64,000 nt of DNA from Candidatus Daviesbacteria bacterium (GTDB taxonomy: Bacteria > Patescibacteriota > Microgenomatia > Daviesbacterales > UBA10151), in contig CP066688.1 in the NCBI GenBank assembly GCA_016432425.1, forward strand, positions 148,368-212,367. Direction: 5' to 3'. Within the stretch, counting starts at the first letter, position 1, and every line of letters begins with the position of its first letter. Shown piece after piece: positions 58,348-64,000 of this stretch. The translations under genes were made by a program, and so were the position numbers. The notes beneath the pieces were generated by a model that saw only the letters and a program-made list of their open reading frames with translations, did not search any database and was not told the origin of the DNA.

Positions 58348-59055
58348 ATGTGGCCCCGTTTACTACCTGTCCTATTAATACTTATTAGTCTTACCTACTC
58401 AGTAGCTAATTTTGCCAGTCTTCGCCGTGAGCTAGCCTACAAATTGGGTATTTCCGGTGATCCCACTACTGCCTGTTGCAAGGTGGATGATATTTTAAAA
58501 TCAGACGGTAGTTTTAATGAAAGTGCGAACCTGGCTATTTTTAATAGCCAACAAGTAGATTATCCCAAAACTTCCCTGGCCTATGGCAGTGATTTTTCCG
58601 ATGACCTCTCCCAAATCTTGGGAACTACTAACTCTAGCGGGGAAGAAAAATGGATTGAAGTTTCCCTCTCAGAGCAACATCTGTGGGCCAGAGAAGGCAA
58701 TAAGGTGGTGATAGATTTTCCCATCTCTTCTGGTAAATGGGCCCCCACCCCAAAGGGTACTTTTAATATTTGGTACAAAACCCGCTATCAAAGCATGATT
58801 GGGGGGAATAAAGATTTGGGGACTTATTATAATCTACCCAATGTCCCTAATAACATGTTTTTCTATCAGGGTTATGCCATCCACGGGGCTTATTGGCACA
58901 ATAACTTTGGCCAACCCATGTCCCATGGTTGCGTCAATTCTCCTCTAAGTAGCGTGGCAGCTTTATTTGAATGGGCAGGCCCCAATGTGCCTCCTAATCA
59001 GAATACTGTTCGGGCCACGGCTGAAAATCCCGGCACCCGAGTTTGGGTCCACTAA
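58348..59055 (+). CDS. L,D-transpeptidase (YkuD domain)
   Basis: A signal peptide is present. The catalytic motif HGAYWHNNFGQPMSHGCVN carries the conserved His and Cys of L,D-transpeptidases. Confidence 0.8.
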   Translation: MWPRLLPVLLILISLTYSVANFASLRRELAYKLGISGDPTTACCKVDDILKSDGSFNESANLAIFNSQQVDYPKTSLAYGSDFSDDLSQILGTTNSSGEEKWIEVSLSEQHLWAREGNKVVIDFPISSGKWAPTPKGTFNIWYKTRYQSMIGGNKDLGTYYNLPNVPNNMFFYQGYAIHGAYWHNNFGQPMSHGCVNSPLSSVAALFEWAGPNVPPNQNTVRATAENPGTRVWVH

Positions 59056-59066
59056 ATTTTTATTTA

Positions 59067-60032
59067 TTAAGGTTTCTTAATGGGTGTGAGGGGACTCTGG
59101 CCTGAAAGAACAGCAATAATATTTTTGGCAGCTAGTTCTCCCATAGCGGAACGCGCTTCAGTAGTGGCAGAAGCAATGTGGGGAGTTAACACCACATTAG
59201 CTAAATTCTCCAAACCAGGGGAGAGTCGGGGTTCATTTTCAAACACATCTAAAGCCGCTCCTTTAATCACTCCAGATTTTAAACTTTGAGTTAAAGCTAC
59301 CTCGTCAACTACCGGACCCCGGGAGGTGTTTATTAAGTAGGAGGTAGGTTTCATCATTTTGAGCCTTTCGGCGTTAATCAGATGTTTAGTGGAATTAAGT
59401 AGGGGAACATGAATTGAGACTATATCTGAGACTGCCAGTAGTTCTTCAGGTGTGATTTTAAAAATAGCCCCTACTTTAGATTCAAATTCACTATTTTTCT
59501 TAACATCATAATAAGCTACTTCCATACCCACAGCTTTGCCTATTTCTGCCACTCGGGAACCAATTCTCCCCAAACCCAAAATCCCTAAGGTTTTTCCATT
59601 TAGCTCCATCCCTAAAAGCACTGAGGGCCCAAACTCTAAAGTTTGAGAACGGGCTAATTTATCAGCCTCCACAATTCGTCGGCTGATAGCAAAAATTAAA
59701 GCAATAGTGTGTTCTGCCACCGCTTCAGTTAAAACATCCGGGGTATTGGTGGCCACAATATTGTGCGACAAGAGGGCAGGGAGGTCCAAATTATCAAATC
59801 CCACCGCAAAATTGGCTACCACTTTTAAATTTGCTCCGGCAGCGCTGATAAAACTTTCATCCACCTTATCATTAAGTTGGGTGAGTACCCCATCTGCTCC
59901 CTGGATAAAATTTAACAATTCATTGCGGGCCAAAACCCGATCTTGGGGAGATACTGCCACTTCAAAGCCGGCCTCTTGCAGCATCTTAATACCACTACCG
60001 GGAATTTTGCGGGTCACCACCACTTTGGCCAT
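59067..60032 (-). CDS. D-isomer-specific 2-hydroxyacid dehydrogenase (glyoxylate/hydroxypyruvate reductase-like)
   Basis: The NAD-binding motif GILGLGRIGSRVAEIGKAVGMEV is present, along with the catalytic RGPVVDE...H triad region. Confidence 0.8.
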   Translation of the reverse strand: MAKVVVTRKIPGSGIKMLQEAGFEVAVSPQDRVLARNELLNFIQGADGVLTQLNDKVDESFISAAGANLKVVANFAVGFDNLDLPALLSHNIVATNTPDVLTEAVAEHTIALIFAISRRIVEADKLARSQTLEFGPSVLLGMELNGKTLGILGLGRIGSRVAEIGKAVGMEVAYYDVKKNSEFESKVGAIFKITPEELLAVSDIVSIHVPLLNSTKHLINAERLKMMKPTSYLINTSRGPVVDEVALTQSLKSGVIKGAALDVFENEPRLSPGLENLANVVLTPHIASATTEARSAMGELAAKNIIAVLSGQSPLTPIKKP

Positions 60033-60034
60033 AA

Positions 60035-60877
60035 TTAAATATTAACAATTTCAGAGAGAGTTTTAAACCGTGTTGGTAAAGTGTCAGAGAAAAACTCTTC
60101 TTGTTTTGTCCCCTGTAAAGTTAACCCTTCTTGCCAAAGGGCCCGGCCAGCCAAAAATCCCCGGGCCCCAGCTTTGGTAGCTACTGCCAGTTGCAATTTA
60201 AATTCTTCAAAACTAACACCACCCGTCAACAGTATCCAGGGGGTCTTTCCCACCAAATGAGAAATTTCCCGGCAGGCATCCTCATCTCCTGGATATTCCA
60301 ATTTCCAAACATCTGGTATTACTCCTACCTCTATAAAAGACCTGACTGATTCAATCACCATCCCAGCTTTTGAATCTACACTCCCGATGTGGAATTGTAC
60401 CTGCACATCGGGAGTGTAAGTTACAATTTCTAAAAAGAAAGGCAAATTATTTTGCTGACAATCTTTTAAAACCTGTTTAGCTGTTTCTAGCTGCACTTTT
60501 GCACTCCCTAATTGAGGATTAAAATAGACCAGTAATTTCGCTCCTGAGGCTCCTAAGTTTTTAACCTGCTCTACAGAATATTCTAATTCCGTAATTCTTT
60601 CTCTCTCCTGATCAAGAAAACCGCTTTTTTCTACAGGAAGCAGAAATGGTTTTAGTTGACAAGCTTCTTTGCAAGCTTCTAGACCAAAACGCTCGTCAAT
60701 CAAAAGCCCACTCATTTCATTGACCAAAGAATTAATGATTTTATTTTTTAGATCAATAATTTGCTCTTCTGTAACCTCCTGGGGGTTTCCCGGATTAACT
60801 ATTTTTTTAAAACTATCCCGATGATCCAAAGCCAACATTAAAAACTTACCGTTTTTTTGGAATTTAATGGTATTCAT
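60035..60877 (-). CDS. Class I aldolase, tagatose-1,6-bisphosphate aldolase (LacD)/DhnA-like, carrying an in-frame palindromic insert
   Basis: LMLALDHRDSF resembles the LacD-family N-terminal motif. The (beta/alpha)8 pattern runs through ...LLTGGVSFEEF. Confidence in the exact family is moderate. Confidence 0.55.
   Translation of the reverse strand: MNTIKFQKNGKFLMLALDHRDSFKKIVNPGNPQEVTEEQIIDLKNKIINSLVNEMSGLLIDERFGLEACKEACQLKPFLLPVEKSGFLDQERERITELEYSVEQVKNLGASGAKLLVYFNPQLGSAKVQLETAKQVLKDCQQNNLPFFLEIVTYTPDVQVQFHIGSVDSKAGMVIESVRSFIEVGVIPDVWKLEYPGDEDACREISHLVGKTPWILLTGGVSFEEFKLQLAVATKAGARGFLAGRALWQEGLTLQGTKQEEFFSDTLPTRFKTLSEIVNI
60377..60418. repeat. Perfect 15-bp-stem palindromic element (42 nt) lying in-frame inside the aldolase gene
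   Basis: TACACTCCCGATGTG-gaattgtacctg-CACATCGGGAGTGTA. The arms match the transposase-flanking repeat CACATCGGGAGTG. Confidence 0.75.
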
Positions 60878-61864
60878 TTATATTTCTTGGGCTTGAATTT
60901 TTAAATTAGCTTTTAACTTCTCCTGCATTTTATCATAAGTTAACAGCCCTGCCTGGGGGCCAATCTGCTCAACCACCGAGGCCCCGTTAGCTGCCCCCCA
61001 CCTCATGGCCTCAGCTAAATTTTTACCATAAGATAAGGCTGCACAAACTGCCGTAGCATAAGCATCCCCTGAGCCTGTCATCTCCAAAAGATCTGCCTTA
61101 AATATTCCCAGCTTAAAAAACTTTTCCCCGTCAAACCCGTATGAGCCTTCTGCCCCATCGGTAATAACTGCCATCCTGGGCCCTAAGTCCGCAATGCCTT
61201 TAAGAAGTTTTTTAATCTCCACCTTCCTCCCCTCATCAAAACCTAAAATTAATTTTGCCTCCTCCAGATTAACAATAAAGACTTCTGTTAAAGAGAGTAG
61301 CCTGGCATTTTTCTTCACCCCCAATTTAATTTGGAAAGTGCCCGGGTTAAACAGCAGTTTTGTGCCTGTCCTTTCCAGATAATTTATTAAATCCGGCACT
61401 AAGTTTGACTCAACATAAGTGGGGCCTAAAGAAGTAAAATAAACCCAGCGGGTTTTGTCCAAATCAGGCAGTTGATAGCTCCAGGGCTGGTGATAAATTA
61501 AGATGGTCCTGTCCCCTTTAAAGTTTAAAACAATATGGTGGTTGGAAGGCAGGTTTTTATCATGCATGATATATCTGGTATCTACCTTTTCCAGTTTAAA
61601 TTTAGCCACAATCCGTTGGTCATACTCTTCCTCATCTTTATCACCCACATAGGTAAAAACGGCAGTTTTAAGCCCTAAGCGGGAGGATCCCACCGCATTA
61701 TTGGCAGCATTACCGGCCACCAGGGAGGTAGAGGGCCCAACCGGAATTTTATCCCCATACCTTAAAATCAGCTTTCTTTCTCCCTGCTTTTGCTCCAGCC
61801 GGGCATCCTCCAGCGGGATAAAAGTATCCACCACCGAGTCTCCAATGGAAATTAAGTCAAACAT
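60878..61864 (-). CDS. PfkB-family carbohydrate kinase (ribokinase/tagatose-6-phosphate kinase-like)
   Basis: N-terminal ISIGDSVVDTF and the C-terminal PfkB signature EMTGSGDAYATAV. Confidence 0.8.
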   Translation of the reverse strand: MFDLISIGDSVVDTFIPLEDARLEQKQGERKLILRYGDKIPVGPSTSLVAGNAANNAVGSSRLGLKTAVFTYVGDKDEEEYDQRIVAKFKLEKVDTRYIMHDKNLPSNHHIVLNFKGDRTILIYHQPWSYQLPDLDKTRWVYFTSLGPTYVESNLVPDLINYLERTGTKLLFNPGTFQIKLGVKKNARLLSLTEVFIVNLEEAKLILGFDEGRKVEIKKLLKGIADLGPRMAVITDGAEGSYGFDGEKFFKLGIFKADLLEMTGSGDAYATAVCAALSYGKNLAEAMRWGAANGASVVEQIGPQAGLLTYDKMQEKLKANLKIQAQEI

Positions 61865-61895
61865 GGGTTCTGTATTAAGTATTATGTATTAAGGG

Positions 61896-62114
61896 TTAGG
61901 AATCAAGAGGAACAGCCGAATAGCCTGATTTTTTGATGGTTGCTAAAATTTGCTGCTCATCCAATTTATTGGGATCAAACTCTATCTCAGTTTCCCCTTT
62001 AGCATAACTGGTTTTAGCTGCCTTCACTCCCTCTAAATCCTCTAAGTTCATATCAATGGTTAAGGCACAGGATGAGCAGTGCATATCTGTAATTTTAAAT
62101 TTCTTTTTAATCAT
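61896..62114 (-). CDS. Heavy-metal-associated (HMA) domain metallochaperone, MerP/CopZ-like
   Basis: 72 aa with the metal-binding motif MHCSSC (MxCxxC). It overlaps the upstream permease gene by 4 nt. Confidence 0.8.
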   Translation of the reverse strand: MIKKKFKITDMHCSSCALTIDMNLEDLEGVKAAKTSYAKGETEIEFDPNKLDEQQILATIKKSGYSAVPLDS

Positions 62115-63130
62115 ATGACCTCTATCACCCCCCGATACATTCCCATAGAACAGCTAAAGGGAATCTGGCCTTTTTGTGTGGGGGTGAAAGCAACCAATTG
62201 AGTATCATTAGGCTGTAAATTCCTGTTGATACCTAAAGAGGGAATCCTAAAAGATAAAGCACAGCTGTAAGCATTAACACTCTTCAAAGTTAAATTCACA
62301 GCTTCCCCTGCCTTTACCCTAACATAATTAGGGCCATAGCCAGAAGAAGTAATGAGTATTTGTGGGTTTTGGGTAACAGGGATATTGGTTTGAGTATTGC
62401 CTCCTGTATACCCACCATTACCACTCAAATCTACTGTAATAGAGGGCAAACTAATGGGTGAGCCTGCAGCCACTAAAGCCCCATTGGCTGAAATAATCCC
62501 TAAATAAAGCACCAGTAACCCGGCCAGCCTTAAAAACCTGCCCTGGAAATTATCACCTAAAATTGTGGTTAAAAAACCTACCCCAAAAAATAAAGGCATA
62601 GTGCCTAAAACAAAAGCAGCCATAATAGCAGCACCCCAAAAAGCATTGGCAGAGGAAATGGCCAAAGTCTCCATGGCCAACGTTGTGCCGCAGGGAATAA
62701 AGATAGTCATTGCTCCCAAAAAGGCCGGAGCAAAAATTTCCCTGCTTCTGGCCTGGTTTCTGACCATTTTGGTTAAAAACCTGGGCGGCTGGATAAGCGC
62801 ATATCTAAAAATAGGGTGAACTTTTAATAAATCTAAAGCTATAGCAATCATATACAGCCCGGCTATAAGCTGCATGAAAATCTGCACATTTGAGCTGATA
62901 TTTAAAGCCCCTCCAAAAGATCCCAGGATAAAACCTAAGATGGTATAAGCTGCTAACTTTGCAAGAAGAAAAGCAACGGTGGCAAAAATAGTATGTTTTC
63001 TCCTGCTGCCGCCTTCCAAGTCCTCCTCTTCCCTGACAGCAATGGTAGAGGCCAAAAGCCCTCCCTGCACAGCCAGACAAGTCAGCCCTCCCACAGTTAA
63101 ACCGGTTATAAAGATTAGCCAAAGATCCAT
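62111..63130 (-). CDS. Polytopic permease (TauE/DsbD_2-like) with a C-terminal cupredoxin-like soluble domain; putative metal-ion transporter of the mer-like operon
   Basis: 339 aa. The first TM carries a Cys (LTVGGLTCLAVQGG). The C-terminal ~100 aa (VRVKAGEAVNLTLKSV...FSCSMGMYRG) are beta-rich with Cys/Met. Confidence 0.45.
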   Translation of the reverse strand: MDLWLIFITGLTVGGLTCLAVQGGLLASTIAVREEEDLEGGSRRKHTIFATVAFLLAKLAAYTILGFILGSFGGALNISSNVQIFMQLIAGLYMIAIALDLLKVHPIFRYALIQPPRFLTKMVRNQARSREIFAPAFLGAMTIFIPCGTTLAMETLAISSANAFWGAAIMAAFVLGTMPLFFGVGFLTTILGDNFQGRFLRLAGLLVLYLGIISANGALVAAGSPISLPSITVDLSGNGGYTGGNTQTNIPVTQNPQILITSSGYGPNYVRVKAGEAVNLTLKSVNAYSCALSFRIPSLGINRNLQPNDTQLVAFTPTQKGQIPFSCSMGMYRGVIEVI

Positions 63131-63143
63131 TTTAAATATTATA

Positions 63144-64000
63144 CTAAATACAACAGCTTAATTTGGATATGTCCTTGGTAAATGAAAGCGCTGCAATCTT
63201 GATGCTCTCAGAAAGGGTGGGAAACATAGGCAGTGAGGTTACCACATCATCAATGGTATTTTTATTTTTAATAAGCCATATTGCTTGAGCAATCAATTCT
63301 CCTGCATTAGGTGCTAAAATATGGACTCCAAGAATTACTTTTGTTTCAGGGTGGATAACCATTTTAATTAAGCCTTCTGTACGGTTCATGATAATGGCTT
63401 TTGGTACATCGGCAAAAGAAACAGTGCGGCATAAGCATCTTCCTAATTGCTTAACCTCCTGTTCCTCAGTAAGTCCTACTCCTGCAAGCTGTGGGTCAGT
63501 AAAGATTGTCCAAGGGACAGTATTATAATCAATACTATTTTGAGTATTATTTAATGCATTATCAACTGCTAAGGTACCTTCTCGTCCTGCTGTTGGTTCT
63601 TGTCTGATAGACAGATTTATTACATCACCCACTGCATAAATATGAGGTTGAGAAGTTTGAAATTGTGGGCTTACTTTAATGGCCTGTTTCTCATCAATCT
63701 CCACTCCTGCTTTATCAAGGGCTAATCTTTTGGTATTTGGAGTTTTACCTGTTGCAAGCAGTATCTCATCTGCTTGAACCTGCTCTTGTTTATCTCCTAT
63801 CATGTAGGTGAGGATTTTCTTGCTACCTTCTTTTCTAGCAGATTTGACTTGAATATCGGTCTTAATGATTATTCCTTCTTTGGTAAGTATCTCTGCAAGT
63901 CTATTAGTTAATTCTCTTTCAGCTGGAGGGAAGATAGAAACATTTCTTTGTAAGATGGCAACTTTCGTCCCAAATCTGGCATACATTTGGGCAAATTCTA
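63144..64000 (-). CDS. merA: Mercuric reductase MerA, C-terminal portion (the gene continues beyond the right edge)
   Basis: ...EFAQMYARFGTKVAILQRN aligns with Tn501 MerA ELAQAFARLGSKVTVLARN. The C-terminus FTKDISKLSCCI carries the MerA-specific vicinal Cys pair (…KQLSCCAG in Tn501). The reading frame is open through position 64000. Confidence 0.8.
   Translation of the reverse strand, partial: EFAQMYARFGTKVAILQRNVSIFPPAERELTNRLAEILTKEGIIIKTDIQVKSARKEGSKKILTYMIGDKQEQVQADEILLATGKTPNTKRLALDKAGVEIDEKQAIKVSPQFQTSQPHIYAVGDVINLSIRQEPTAGREGTLAVDNALNNTQNSIDYNTVPWTIFTDPQLAGVGLTEEQEVKQLGRCLCRTVSFADVPKAIIMNRTEGLIKMVIHPETKVILGVHILAPNAGELIAQAIWLIKNKNTIDDVVTSLPMFPTLSESIKIAALSFTKDISKLSCCI

Noticed and set aside
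26181-60418. CRISPR array hypothesis for the recurring CACATCGGGAGTG / GCACTCCTGGAGTG repeats
   Set aside because: The copies are dispersed 0.7 to 22 kb apart. They are palindromic, variable in sequence, and not arranged as regularly spaced direct repeats with unique spacers. No cas genes are present. They fit REP/MITE-like elements rather than CRISPR.
62565-63161. ORFs 62565..62819, 62805..63122 and 62979..63161 overlapping the permease gene
   Set aside because: They are antisense or off-frame relative to a polytopic permease ORF that is translationally coupled (4-nt overlaps) to the HMA gene and to merA.

Overview
The window is AT-rich, gene-dense, and mostly made of short overlapping operons. 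The gene content (many GT2/GT-C glycosyltransferases, a short TsaB, a lamin-tail-domain protein, few Shine-Dalgarno sites, class II RNR) is consistent with a small-genome Patescibacteria/CPR-like bacterium; that placement is inference, not measured. (1) 1-25 kb: a single-strand cell-surface glycosylation super-locus. It runs GT4 (partial), three GT2 enzymes, a SAM methyltransferase, a YfhO-like protein and other large polytopic membrane proteins, a Wzx-like flippase, two ArnT/PMT-like GT-C enzymes, three DPM1-like polyprenol-phosphate sugar synthases (one fused to a GT-C domain, one to GtrA), then rfbC-rfbB-rfbA. No rfbD is present. (2) 25-47 kb: housekeeping genes. These are a CAP-domain protein, a short TsaB, RF2 without the programmed frameshift, ftsE-ftsX with an EnvC-like M23 protein, a lamin-tail-domain protein, tsaE, two large membrane proteins, secA, a proline-rich surface protein, serS, an HD hydrolase, lysS, two hypothetical proteins and greA. 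(3) 46.8-48.7 kb: tRNA-Glu(CUC) followed by a ~1.6 kb islet. The islet is bracketed by a duplicated 13-nt tRNA 3' end plus a 43-nt direct repeat, and carries two hypothetical genes behind a near-consensus sigma70 promoter. (4) 48.7-64 kb: H+-pyrophosphatase, Lon, corrinoid adenosyltransferase, an IS200/RAYT-like HUH Y1 transposase flanked by 16-nt repeats, B12-dependent class II RNR (nrdJ), cyclophilin, L,D-transpeptidase, a 2-hydroxyacid dehydrogenase, a class I (LacD/DhnA-like) aldolase, a PfkB kinase, and a partial mer-like operon (HMA protein, permease, C-terminal portion of MerA ending in vicinal Cys-Cys). The lead finding is a dispersed family of palindromic repeats related to the transposase flanks (core ...CACATCGGGAGTG... 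/ ...CTGCACTCCYGGAGTG...). Two copies sit in-frame inside protein-coding genes: the aldolase (42 nt, perfect 15-bp stem) and tsaB (45 nt). Both encode a shared 'TYTP[G/D]VQVQ' peptide. This resembles the in-frame Rickettsia palindromic elements (RPEs), but here a candidate mobilising RAYT is present in cis. Other copies lie at the tRNA-Glu islet boundaries. No rRNA genes and no CRISPR array were seen.
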